NCBI GenBank assembly: GCA_050944255.1
Contig: JBMNQS010000003.1
Coordinates: 42,409 to 66,408, forward strand
Direction: 5' to 3'
DNA length: 24,000 nt
From: Christensenellales bacterium
GTDB lineage: Bacteria > Bacillota > Clostridia > Christensenellales > Maliibacteriaceae
This document shows, in pieces, positions 15,454 through 23,667 of the stretch (position 1 is its first letter; each line of letters opens with the position of its first letter). The position numbers and the translations under genes are program-made. Under the pieces are notes generated by a model that saw only the letters and a program-made list of their open reading frames with translations, ran no database searches and was not told the DNA's origin.

Positions 15454-17310
15454 ATGAACCTATTGGATAACATCGACTCGCCCGCGGACTTAAAGCTGCT
15501 GACCCAAGAGCAGCTTGAGGCGCTGGCGGAGGAAATCCGGATACACATACTGCGCTGCGTGTCCAGAACAGGCGGCCATTTGGCGAGCAATCTGGGCATT
15601 GTGGAGTTGACGCTGGCGCTGCACGCGGTGCTGGAATGCCCCGGGGATAAGATCGTCTTCGACGTGGGGCATCAGAGCTACGTGCATAAAATACTGACCG
15701 GGCGCAGGGATCAAATGCATACGCTGCGCGCAAAGGACGGGCTTTCCGGCTTCCCCAAGCCGCAGGAGAGCTCTTGCGACGCCTTTGCCACCGGGCACGC
15801 CTCCACGTCGCTCTCCGCGGCGCTGGGCATGGCCCGGGCCCGCGACTTAAAGGGCGAGGATTTTCATATCGCCGCGGTGGTGGGCGACGGCGCCTTCGGC
15901 GGCGGGATGATCTACGAGGCCATCAGCGACATGGGTAGCGGCGACAATAAGCTCATGATCATCTTAAACGACAACAATATGAGCATCTCGCCCAACGTTG
16001 GGGCGCTGTCCAAGGCGCTGTCCAATCTGCGGCAGAGTCCCCGCTACCGGGGCTTCAAACTGTGGGCCAAGGAACGCCTCAGCGAGGGCGGCTACCTGGC
16101 GCGGCTGATGCACCGGGTCAAGACCAGCATCAAGTACCTGATGGTGCCCGGCTCGCTGTTTGAGGAAATGGGCCTGTTCTACATCGGGCCGGTGGACGGC
16201 CACGATATCGGCGCCCTGATGCAGGCGTTCACGCAGGCCAAAAAGGCGCCCATGACCTGCCTGGTGCACGTGATTACCCACAAGGGGCAAGGGTACAGGG
16301 CCGCCGAGGCGGACCCCAGCACGTACCACGGGGTGTCGGCGTTCTCCATCCGCACCGGGATGCCCAAGGCGGCGGCGCCGGAAAAACTGCCCTTTGCCGC
16401 GGCGCTGGGCCGCGCGCTGGTCAAACGGGCGCGGGAGGATGAAAGGATCGTGGCGGTGACGGCTGCCATGCCCGACGCCACGGGGCTGGGCCTTTTCAGG
16501 GATACGTTCCCGCGGCGCTTCTTCGATGTGGGCATCGCCGAGGAGCACGCGGTGACCATGGCGGCGGGGCTTGCCGCAGGCGGAATGCGGCCGGTGGTGC
16601 CCATTTACTCCACGTTCCTGCAGCGCGCCTACGATCAGATCGTGCACGACGTCTGCCTGCAGCATCTGCCGGTGATCTTCGCGGTGGACCACGCTGGGAT
16701 CGTAGGCGAGGACGGAGAGACGCATCAGGGCGTGTTCGATATCTCCTACATGCGCCACATCCCCAATTTGACCATCCTGTCGCCGGCCTCCAGCGAAGAG
16801 ATGGCCGATGCGCTGGACTATGCGCTGGATATGGCCTCTGCGGTGGCCATCCGCTATCCCCGCGGGTGCGACCGGCTCAACGGCCTGGGGGACATGCCGC
16901 CCTTAAGCCGGGAGCCGTGGCCGCTCCTGCGCCGGGGGAAGGATTTGTCGATTCTGGCGGTGGGGGCCATGGCCCAGCACGCGCTGGAAGCGGCCGAGGC
17001 GCTCAAAGGTGAAATGGATATAGCCGTCTACAGCGTGCGGATCATCAAGCCTCTGGATGAGGAGATTTTAAAGCGGGCCACGGACTACAAGCTGTGCGTG
17101 ACGCTGGAGGACAACGCGGCGGCGGGCGGGTTCGGCTCTCTGGTGCTGGAAACGCTGGAGAAGCTGGATATCCGCCGCAGCGTGCGGATTCTGGCGGTGC
17201 CCGACCGGTTTATCGCTCATGCCACCCGGGCGCAGTGCCTCGGGGATCTGGCGCTGGCCGGGGACGCCCTGGCGCGGCGGATCAGAGCGCTTTGGGAGCG
17301 TCAGTCATGA
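15454..17310 (+). CDS. dxs: 1-deoxy-D-xylulose-5-phosphate synthase
   Basis: This 618-aa protein has MNLLDNIDSPADLKLL...GGHLASNLGIVELTLALH...VFDVGHQSYVHKILTGRR...AVVGDGAFGGGMIYEA and the transketolase-like C-terminal domains. Confidence 0.97.
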   Translation: MNLLDNIDSPADLKLLTQEQLEALAEEIRIHILRCVSRTGGHLASNLGIVELTLALHAVLECPGDKIVFDVGHQSYVHKILTGRRDQMHTLRAKDGLSGFPKPQESSCDAFATGHASTSLSAALGMARARDLKGEDFHIAAVVGDGAFGGGMIYEAISDMGSGDNKLMIILNDNNMSISPNVGALSKALSNLRQSPRYRGFKLWAKERLSEGGYLARLMHRVKTSIKYLMVPGSLFEEMGLFYIGPVDGHDIGALMQAFTQAKKAPMTCLVHVITHKGQGYRAAEADPSTYHGVSAFSIRTGMPKAAAPEKLPFAAALGRALVKRAREDERIVAVTAAMPDATGLGLFRDTFPRRFFDVGIAEEHAVTMAAGLAAGGMRPVVPIYSTFLQRAYDQIVHDVCLQHLPVIFAVDHAGIVGEDGETHQGVFDISYMRHIPNLTILSPASSEEMADALDYALDMASAVAIRYPRGCDRLNGLGDMPPLSREPWPLLRRGKDLSILAVGAMAQHALEAAEALKGEMDIAVYSVRIIKPLDEEILKRATDYKLCVTLEDNAAAGGFGSLVLETLEKLDIRRSVRILAVPDRFIAHATRAQCLGDLALAGDALARRIRALWERQS

Positions 17311-18107
17311 AGGCGCGGCTGGACCAGGCCATGGTGGAGCGGGGTCTCTGCGAAAGCCGCTCCCGCGCGCAGGCGCTGATTTTGGCCGGGGAAGTGCTGG
17401 TGGACGGCCAGAAGGTAAAGAAGGCGTCCCAGAGCGTGGACGAAGGCCAAAAAATTGAGGTGGCCGAGCAATTGCCGTTCGTCAGCCGCGGCGGGCTGAA
17501 GCTGCAAAAGGCCATAGAAGTGTTTCATATTGAATTAAAGGGCGCCGTGTGCGCCGATATCGGGGCTTCCACGGGAGGATTTACCGACTGCATGCTCCAG
17601 CACGGGGCCAAAAAGGTGTATGCCATCGACGTGGGCTACGGCCAGTTGGACTGGAAACTTAGAAGCGACGACCGGGTGGTGGTCCGCGAGAGGACCAACG
17701 CCCGTTTCATCGTGCCGGGGGATTTTGAGGAATCCCTTGACTTTGCCGGCATCGACGCCTCGTTTATCTCGCTGAAGCTGCTTTTGCCGCCGCTTTATCC
17801 TTGCCTTATGGAAAACGGGCACGTGGTGGCGCTGGTCAAGCCCCAGTTTGAGGCGGGAAAGAGCCAGGTGGGTAAGCACGGCGTGGTGCGCGATCCGGCG
17901 GTGCATAAAGATGTGATCCAAAAGACGGCGGAGGCGGCCGCGAAGCTGGGTTTTTCCGTGCCGGGCCTGGATTTTTCGCCCGTTACCGGGCCGAAGGGAA
18001 ACATGGAGTTTTTGCTGTACTTATCCAAGGGCGCGGCCGCGCCCGACATGCCGGATATCGCCTCTGTGGTGGACAGGGCCCATGCCGCGCTGAAAACCCA
18101 TGAATAA
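17307..18107 (+). CDS. tlyA: TlyA-family rRNA (cytidine-2'-O)-methyltransferase (S4 domain plus FtsJ-like methyltransferase)
   Basis: It starts MKARLDQAMVERGLCESRSRAQALILAGEVLVDGQKVKKASQSV (S4 domain) and has DIGASTGGFTDCMLQHGAKKVYAIDVGYGQL (SAM-binding). ATG 17307 overlaps the dxs TGA (ATGA). The track's start at 17094 is an alternate-frame extension into dxs. Confidence 0.9.
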   Translation: MKARLDQAMVERGLCESRSRAQALILAGEVLVDGQKVKKASQSVDEGQKIEVAEQLPFVSRGGLKLQKAIEVFHIELKGAVCADIGASTGGFTDCMLQHGAKKVYAIDVGYGQLDWKLRSDDRVVVRERTNARFIVPGDFEESLDFAGIDASFISLKLLLPPLYPCLMENGHVVALVKPQFEAGKSQVGKHGVVRDPAVHKDVIQKTAEAAAKLGFSVPGLDFSPVTGPKGNMEFLLYLSKGAAAPDMPDIASVVDRAHAALKTHE

Positions 18108-18119
18108 AAAGAAAATGGA

Positions 18120-18148
18120 TTGTATTTTTATGCGTCCTGCGCTATAAT
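18120..18148 (+). promoter_or_regulatory. Candidate sigma-A promoter upstream of nadK
   Basis: TTGTAT (18120-18125)-N17-TATAAT (18143-18148), in the 69-nt AT-rich gap after tlyA. If functional, it rules out the track's TTG 18120 start. Confidence 0.45.
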
Positions 18149-18176
18149 GGGGATAAACAGGGAGATGAACGAACCA

Positions 18177-19019
18177 ATGACCATCGGAATCTATACCATT
18201 GCGCCGGCAATGGCCAAGAGCCGGGTGATCAGGCAGGCCGTTGCCGCCATTGAACGCCGGGGCGGCCATGTGCTTCTGCTGCCCATGATCGCCCAGGCCG
18301 TCTCTCGGGCGGACCTGATTTGCCCGCAGGACGAACTGATGGATAAAAGTGATATTTTGATGGTGTTCGGCGGCGACGGGACCATGCTCTCCGCCGCCAG
18401 AAACGCCGTTATCACCGATACGCCGGTTTTCGGCGTCAACCTGGGCAAGATCGGGTTTCTGCCCGAGACGGAAGTGCCCGATATCGACGAGGCCGTGGAC
18501 TGCATACTCTCGGGCCGTTACCGCATCGAGGAGCGGATGATGCTGCGGTGCCGCCTGGATGACGAGGACATGGGCATTGCCCTCAACGACGTGGTCATTG
18601 CAAGGGGCGCCGTCTCCAGGATGGTGAACGTGCATATAGACATCGACGGGGAGGCCTTCACCCAGTACCGCGCCGACGGCGTCATCGTCTCCACGCCCAC
18701 CGGCTCCACCGCCTATGCGCTCTCCACCGGCGGGCCCATTATCAGCCCCGAGCTGGAGTGCCTGCTGATCTCGCCCATATGCCCCCACTCGCTGTACAAC
18801 CGCTCGGTGGTGGTGGGCGATAAAACACGTATTGCCATTTCCGTCACCGGAGCGAACGACGACGCCATGGTCACGCTGGACGGGCAGATTGCAAAGGCGG
18901 TGAAGCCCGGCAATATCGTGACCATTTCCCGGGCGGAGCAGACGGCCAAGTTCGTCCGGCTCAGACAGGAAAGTTTCTACCGCACGCTCCACAGGAAACT
19001 GTCGAGCGATCATCTGTAG
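18177..19019 (+). CDS. nadK: NAD(+) kinase
   Basis: Matching segments are DILMVFGGDGTMLSAAR...VFGVNLGKIGFL...YRADGVIVSTPTGSTAYALSTGGPII. The start is uncertain. ATG 18177 lies 12 nt after GGAG. ATG 18165 directly abuts GGAG. Confidence 0.9.
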   Translation: MTIGIYTIAPAMAKSRVIRQAVAAIERRGGHVLLLPMIAQAVSRADLICPQDELMDKSDILMVFGGDGTMLSAARNAVITDTPVFGVNLGKIGFLPETEVPDIDEAVDCILSGRYRIEERMMLRCRLDDEDMGIALNDVVIARGAVSRMVNVHIDIDGEAFTQYRADGVIVSTPTGSTAYALSTGGPIISPELECLLISPICPHSLYNRSVVVGDKTRIAISVTGANDDAMVTLDGQIAKAVKPGNIVTISRAEQTAKFVRLRQESFYRTLHRKLSSDHL

Positions 19020-19030
19020 GGGGAAAGCAT

Positions 19031-19480
19031 ATGAAGTCAAAGCGTCACAACCTGATACTGGAACTTGTACGCACCGGCGATATCTCCACGCAGGAAGAAC
19101 TGGCGGAAGCCCTGAAAAAACACAGCGTGATAGCCACCCAGGCCACCATCTCCAGGGACATCAAGGAACTTCGCCTGATTAAAGTGCTGGGCGAGAACGG
19201 CATGTATAAGTATGCGAAGCTGGAGCAGAACGATTCCGCGCTGGACGCCCGGCTGCTGCGCCTGTTTTCCGAATCGGTGCTCAGCATGCAGCACTCGGGC
19301 AACATCATTGTGCTGCATACCATCAGCGGTACCGCCAACGCCGCGGCGGAGGCCATCGATAACCTGAGCTGGGAAGAGCTTATGGGCAGCCTCGCCGGCG
19401 ACGATACCATCTTTGTGCTGATCCGCAGCGAGCAGGAAGTGCAGGCGGTGCTCTCGCGCTTCAGACAGATGATGCAGTAG
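19031..19480 (+). CDS. argR: Arginine repressor
   Basis: The N-terminus is MKSKRHNLILELVRTGDISTQEELAEALKKHSVIATQATISRDIKELRLIKV (wHTH). The C-terminal oligomerisation domain includes GTLAGDDTIFVLIRS. Confidence 0.95.
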   Translation: MKSKRHNLILELVRTGDISTQEELAEALKKHSVIATQATISRDIKELRLIKVLGENGMYKYAKLEQNDSALDARLLRLFSESVLSMQHSGNIIVLHTISGTANAAAEAIDNLSWEELMGSLAGDDTIFVLIRSEQEVQAVLSRFRQMMQ

Positions 19481-19493
19481 GAAAGAGGCGGCT

Positions 19494-21230
19494 ATGCTCA
19501 GGCGGTTATCGGTGCGCCATATCGCGCTGATCGAAAAAGCGGACATTACCTTTGAGAGGGGACTCTGCGTCCTCACCGGCGAGACGGGCGCGGGCAAATC
19601 CATATTGGTGGACGCCATGAAACTGGCCCTTGGCGGGCGCGCCGACAGAGATCTTATCTCCGCCGGTGAAAAGCGCGCGCAGGTGGAGGCCGCTTTTTTT
19701 GTGAAAAAAGACGATCCGGTGCGGGAGGTCCTGCGCCGCGAAAGTCTTCTTGATGATGACGAGGAGGAACTTGTGCTCTGGCGCGAACTGACCGCGGCGG
19801 GCAGAAGCACCTGCCGCATCGCCGGGACACTGGTCACGCTGTCGCTGCTTCGGGAAATTTCGTCCCACCTGGTGGACATCTACGGGCAGCATGATTACCA
19901 GTCGCTGCTGAATCCGGCCAGCCACAGGGCGTTCCTCGACCGGATGGACAGGGAGGGAATTCTCTCTGCGCTGAAAGAGAAACTTGCCGCCCTTTGCGCT
20001 CAGGCGGCGGAACTGAAGAAAAAGATGTCCCAGGGCTACCTGTCGCCCCAGGAAAGGGAGCGGCAGCTGGATATCCTGCGCTTTCAACTCGATGAGATTC
20101 GTCAGGCCGGCCTGCAGGATGGCGAGGAGGAGGAACTGAAACGCCGGCAGGCGCTTCTGGCCGCGGCGGAGGAGATCGATACGCAGCTGGCTGCCGCCTG
20201 CGATAAGCTGGCGGCGCCGTCCCCGGCGTCGGCGCTGGATTTTTTGGGGGATGCCGTGCAGGCCATGGCGCGCATCGCGCACCTGGACGCATCCTTTGAA
20301 GAGCTTCACGCGCGGCTGGAGGGCGCCTACTACGACCTCGAGGACGCGGCGTCCGCCCTTCGGCGGCTGACCGATACGCAGCGGTACGATCCGCAGGCGC
20401 TCTCCGGCGTTGAGATGCGGCTGGACGAAATCTATAAGCTCAAGCGCAAGTACGGCGCCACCATAGCGGAAATCCTTCGGTTTGCCGACGAAGCCGAGGC
20501 GAAGATCGCTGAACTGGAAGGCGCCCAGGAGCATATGCTGGCGTATCAGAAGCAGTACGATGACATGCTCCGGTCCTACCACGAGACGGCGGTGGCGCTT
20601 TCTTCCCGCAGGCAGGAGCTGGCCAAGGTGCTGGAGAGGGAGCTGATCCGCCAATTGAGCGACCTTGGAATGGACAAGGCGCAGTTTTCGGTGCATTTCG
20701 GCGTGCTGCCTGACAAGGACAGCATCGAAAATCATTTGAGCCCCGAGGGGCTCGATGAAGTGGAATTTTATATTTCCTTCAATCCCGGCGTCCCCGTGCG
20801 GCCCATGGCGCGGGTCATCTCCGGCGGCGAACTGTCCCGGGTGATGCTGGCGCTGAAAAACGTGCCGCGCTCCGGCGGCGACGTGGGCTGCATGATCTTC
20901 GACGAGATCGACGCGGGCATCGGCGGCCGCACGGCAAACGTGGTGGCCAAAAAGATGAAGGCCGTCTCCAAGGAGCGGCAGGTGCTCTGCGTCACCCATC
21001 TGGCGGCGGTGGCCGCGGCGGCGGACATGCACATCGCCGTGGAGAAGGCCTCCGGCTCCGGCGCCACAAAGACCGGTATCGCCGTGCTTGGCGAAGAGGC
21101 GCATCTGGAGGAGATCGCCCGGATGCTGGGCGGGGACGACAAGGATTCCGTGACGCTGGCCCACGCGCGCAAACTGGTGAAGGATATGGGAAATCATAGA
21201 CGGCAACAGGGAAAAGCGGCTGAAAAATAA
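19494..21230 (+). CDS. recN: DNA repair protein RecN (SMC-like ATPase)
   Basis: The N-terminus is MLRRLSVRHIALIEKADITFERGLCVLTGETGAGKSILVDAM (Walker A). A long coiled-coil follows, then SGGELSRVMLALK and MIFDEIDAGIGG (signature motif and Walker B). Confidence 0.97.
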   Translation: MLRRLSVRHIALIEKADITFERGLCVLTGETGAGKSILVDAMKLALGGRADRDLISAGEKRAQVEAAFFVKKDDPVREVLRRESLLDDDEEELVLWRELTAAGRSTCRIAGTLVTLSLLREISSHLVDIYGQHDYQSLLNPASHRAFLDRMDREGILSALKEKLAALCAQAAELKKKMSQGYLSPQERERQLDILRFQLDEIRQAGLQDGEEEELKRRQALLAAAEEIDTQLAAACDKLAAPSPASALDFLGDAVQAMARIAHLDASFEELHARLEGAYYDLEDAASALRRLTDTQRYDPQALSGVEMRLDEIYKLKRKYGATIAEILRFADEAEAKIAELEGAQEHMLAYQKQYDDMLRSYHETAVALSSRRQELAKVLERELIRQLSDLGMDKAQFSVHFGVLPDKDSIENHLSPEGLDEVEFYISFNPGVPVRPMARVISGGELSRVMLALKNVPRSGGDVGCMIFDEIDAGIGGRTANVVAKKMKAVSKERQVLCVTHLAAVAAAADMHIAVEKASGSGATKTGIAVLGEEAHLEEIARMLGGDDKDSVTLAHARKLVKDMGNHRRQQGKAAEK

Positions 21231-21242
21231 AAATAAAATATT

Positions 21243-21270
21243 AAAACGCAAAGCTGGCTTTGCGTTTTTT
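21243..21270 (+). terminator. Intrinsic terminator after recN
   Basis: AAAACGCAAAG pairs with CTTTGCGTTTT around a CTGG loop, and the stem runs into a T-tract ending at 21270. It lies 13 nt after the recN stop. Confidence 0.85.
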
Positions 21271-21463
21271 GGCATATAAGCGGACATGCGCGGTCTTTCA
21301 TTGTTTTTCCCAAGCCGGTTTAAATTTTGAGGCTTTTATGCATGTGAAAACGGGCTTTTAAAAACCAATTTTTCTATCGAATAAATCCATACAAAGGCGC
21401 AAGAATAGAAACAGTCGGACTTTATTTTTTATGATTCAAAATACAGCGCGAAAGGGAAGAAAT

Positions 21464-22738
21464 ATGAAAAAACCATTGAATAAACGCATCGCCGGATGGG
21501 CTTTGGCGGCCTTTCTGCTTATCATCAACCAGTCGGGATACGTCAGAAGCATTGCCGGTATCCCCGATACGGTGCGTTTATCGGAAAATGACCAGGCGAC
21601 GCTGAGGCTTCCCTTCGGCATTTCGATGAAGGATGATGAATCGGCGGCGGTGCTGTTTTCAGAAGATGGAGCGCTGGCGGACGAGCAGGGCGCCTATACG
21701 CTCAATACCGCGCAGGTGGGGCGCTCCAGCGCGCAACTGACGCTCTTTGGATTCATACCCATTAAAGAAGTGGCCGTGGAGGTGCTGCCGCAAAACGAGG
21801 TGGTGGCCGGCGGGCAGGCGCTGGGCATCGCGCTGTTTACCAACGGCGCCCTGGTGGTGGGCGGCAGCGACATCATAACCGCCGACGGCACCCGGAGCAA
21901 CCCCGCCCGGGACGCCGGCATCGTCTCGGGCGATGTCATTACCCACATCAACGGTCAGCCGGTGAGAAATGCGGACCATGTGACGCAGATACTCAACAGC
22001 ATCGGCAGCGAGGAAGTGCAGCTGCAGATCCTGCGCGAGGGCGAGGCATTGACCCTTAACGTAAAACCGGTGGCCGATGCCAAGGACGGACGCTACCGCC
22101 TGGGCATCTGGGTCAGGGACTCCACGGCGGGTATCGGGACGCTGAGCTTCTATGACGCCAAACAGCGTGCCTACGGCGCGCTGGGACACGGCATTGTGGA
22201 CGTGGATACGCACCAGTATCTCACCGTTCGCCAGGGCGAAGTGTCGCAGATCCATGTGGACGGCGTCATCCGAGGCACCCCCGGTACGCCGGGAGAACTC
22301 TACAGCGAAAAGATCATCACCGACAATCCGCTGGGCGACATACAGGTCAACAATGAGTACGGCATCTACGGCAGGACGTACCATGCGCCGGTGCAAAGTA
22401 CGCCATCGAGTATGCCCGTGGGGCTTCAAAGCACCGTGCGCCTGGGAAAAGCCAGCATACTCTCCACCGTCGGCGGACGCGGGACAAAAGCCTACGACTG
22501 CGAAATACTGCGCATCACGCCCCAGGGCGAACCGGCGCAAAAAAGCATGATCATACGCGTCACCGACCCGGAGCTTCTTGAGATTACGGGGGGCATTGTG
22601 CAGGGCATGAGCGGCAGCCCCATCGTGCAGGATGGGAAGATCATCGGCGCTGTCACCCACGTATTTGTCAACGATCCCACCCGCGGCTACGGCGTATTCA
22701 TCGAATGGATGCTGCAGCAGACGATGCAGGTTCAATAA
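21464..22738 (+). CDS. spoIVB: SpoIVB signalling serine peptidase (S55, PDZ domain)
   Basis: It has an N-terminal signal/anchor (MKKPLNKRIAGWALAAFLLII), a PDZ region (GIVSGDVITHINGQPV), and a peptidase core (GIGTLSFYD...YGALGHGI...GIVQGMSGSPIVQDGKIIGAVTHVFVNDPTRGYGVFIEWML). ATG 21464 follows AAAGGGA, whereas the track start at 21431 has no RBS. About 190 nt of AT-rich DNA lies upstream; I could not place a convincing sigma-F or sigma-G promoter there. Confidence 0.93.
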   Translation: MKKPLNKRIAGWALAAFLLIINQSGYVRSIAGIPDTVRLSENDQATLRLPFGISMKDDESAAVLFSEDGALADEQGAYTLNTAQVGRSSAQLTLFGFIPIKEVAVEVLPQNEVVAGGQALGIALFTNGALVVGGSDIITADGTRSNPARDAGIVSGDVITHINGQPVRNADHVTQILNSIGSEEVQLQILREGEALTLNVKPVADAKDGRYRLGIWVRDSTAGIGTLSFYDAKQRAYGALGHGIVDVDTHQYLTVRQGEVSQIHVDGVIRGTPGTPGELYSEKIITDNPLGDIQVNNEYGIYGRTYHAPVQSTPSSMPVGLQSTVRLGKASILSTVGGRGTKAYDCEILRITPQGEPAQKSMIIRVTDPELLEITGGIVQGMSGSPIVQDGKIIGAVTHVFVNDPTRGYGVFIEWMLQQTMQVQ

Positions 22739-22743
22739 ATAAA

Positions 22744-22750
22744 TGTCGAA
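22744..22750 (+). promoter_or_regulatory. Perfect Spo0A-box heptamer (TGTCGAA) just upstream of spo0A
   Basis: This is an exact match to the TGNCGAA 0A-box consensus, 83 nt upstream of the proposed spo0A start. spo0A is autoregulated through 0A boxes in B. subtilis. A 7-mer like this is expected by chance a few times in 24 kb; another copy is at 1596-1602. Confidence 0.3.
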
Positions 22751-22763
22751 TAATGTTGGGCGG

Positions 22764-22790
22764 GAAGGACTTGCCCTCCCGGCGTCGTAT
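22764..22790 (+). promoter_or_regulatory. Candidate sigma-H-type promoter for spo0A
   Basis: GAAGGACTT-N13-CGTAT compared with the B. subtilis sigma-H consensus RWAGGAXXT-N14-HGAAT gives 8/9 and 4/5 matches, with the spacer one nt short. The sporulation promoter of spo0A is sigma-H dependent in B. subtilis. Confidence 0.3.
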
Positions 22791-22826
22791 GCACCTCACA
22801 GGCTATCTATGTGGGGGGGACTGCAC

Positions 22827-23609
22827 TTGGGACAAAAACGATATTCCGTACTGATCGCAGGCAGCGATCTGATCTACGCAACGCAGCTTGGCAGGCGGAT
22901 TCAGATGGACCAGAACCTCTGCCTGCAGGGCGTTCTGCAATCGGGAAAAGAGGTGCTCGAACAGGTGCGCCAAAACTGTCCGGATCTTCTGGTGCTGGAT
23001 TTGGTGATGCCGTATCTGGACGGACTGGCCGTGCTGGAGGAAATTGCCGGCTGCGACGTGCGTCCGCGGGTGATGGTCGTATCGAATATCGCCGCGGACG
23101 ATATACTGCATAAGACGTTTGAGCTGGGGGCAGAGGACTATATCCGCAAACCCCAAAACGTGGATGTGATCGCCCGCAGGATCAGGGATTTTGCCAGGGA
23201 GAAAGAGCTGCCGCCGCAGGAAAACCGCACGTTCGAAGCGGCGCCGCAGCAGAGCCTTGAACAATTGGAAAACGCCGCGGGCAACTACCTGCGCGAGCTG
23301 GGTATCATGCCGCATCTTCTGGGATACCAGTACCTGCGCCGCGCCATGGCGCTGGTGATCCAGGAGCCGCAATTGATCAACGCGCTGACGCTGCGGCTCT
23401 ATCCCATGGTGGCGGAAGTGTTCGATACCACGGCGCAGCGGGTGGAGCGCAGTATGCGTCACGCCATCGAAAACGGGTGGATAAGGGGAGACCTCACCGC
23501 CATTGACAGGATGTTCGGCTATACGGTGGACGCGGGAAAGGGCAAACCCACCGTGGGCGCGCTCATTGCCATGCTCACCGACAGAATGCGGATGGACGGC
23601 ATCGGCTGA
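22827..23609 (+). CDS. spo0A: Sporulation master regulator Spo0A (receiver domain plus Spo0A_C DNA-binding domain)
   Basis: The C-terminal domain MPHLLGYQYLRRAMALVIQEP...LYPMVAEVFDTTAQRVERSMRHAIENGWIRGD...MFGYTVDAGKGKPTVGALIAMLTDRMR closely parallels B. subtilis Spo0A. The receiver has LLVLDLVMPYLDGLAVLEEI. The start is uncertain. TTG 22827 lies 6 nt after a G-rich RBS (22812-22820) and gives a typical short N-terminus (MGQKRYSVLIAG). Alternatives are ATG 22809 and ATG 22743, and ATG 22743 lies inside the 0A box. Confidence 0.92.
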   Translation: MGQKRYSVLIAGSDLIYATQLGRRIQMDQNLCLQGVLQSGKEVLEQVRQNCPDLLVLDLVMPYLDGLAVLEEIAGCDVRPRVMVVSNIAADDILHKTFELGAEDYIRKPQNVDVIARRIRDFAREKELPPQENRTFEAAPQQSLEQLENAAGNYLRELGIMPHLLGYQYLRRAMALVIQEPQLINALTLRLYPMVAEVFDTTAQRVERSMRHAIENGWIRGDLTAIDRMFGYTVDAGKGKPTVGALIAMLTDRMRMDGIG

Positions 23610-23615
23610 ATAAAG

Positions 23616-23667
23616 TTTTTTTGCCCCGCATAGGCATGTACCATCAAACATGCCGGAGGCAAAAAAA
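23616..23667 (+). other. Extended imperfect hairpin spanning the spo0A-spoIIM intergenic region and pairing the spoIIM RBS and start codon
   Basis: The outer stem pairs TTTTTTTGCC (23616-23625) with GGCAAAAAAA (23658-23667). The inner stem pairs GGCATGT (23633-23639) with ACATGCC (23648-23654). The RBS GGAGG is at 23655-23659 and the ATG at 23667. There is no U-tract after the stem on either strand, so this is not a canonical terminator. Confidence 0.4.

Noticed and set aside
19506-21287. 593-aa ORF on the minus strand, the longest antisense ORF in the track
   Set aside because: It lies entirely antisense to recN, which has clear Walker A/B and signature motifs. Its product is dominated by Arg, Gly, Ala, Pro, His and Leu, and it has no RBS. 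This is a typical stop-poor antisense frame of a high-GC gene. The same reasoning applies to 13020..14174(-), 14038..15156(-), 18021..19040(-), 21659..22735(-), 22803..23651(-), 3692..4612(-), 4192..4989(-), 5388..6260(-), 11033..11773(-) and 11927..12697(-).
21271-21463. Forespore (sigma-F or sigma-G) promoter upstream of spoIVB
   Set aside because: GCATA (21272), GCATG (21340) and GAATA (21379, 21403) match the -35 pentamers. None has a matching -10 (GGHRARHTX or CATXHTA) at the required 15 or 18 nt spacing. The region is probably the promoter but cannot be pinned down from sequence.
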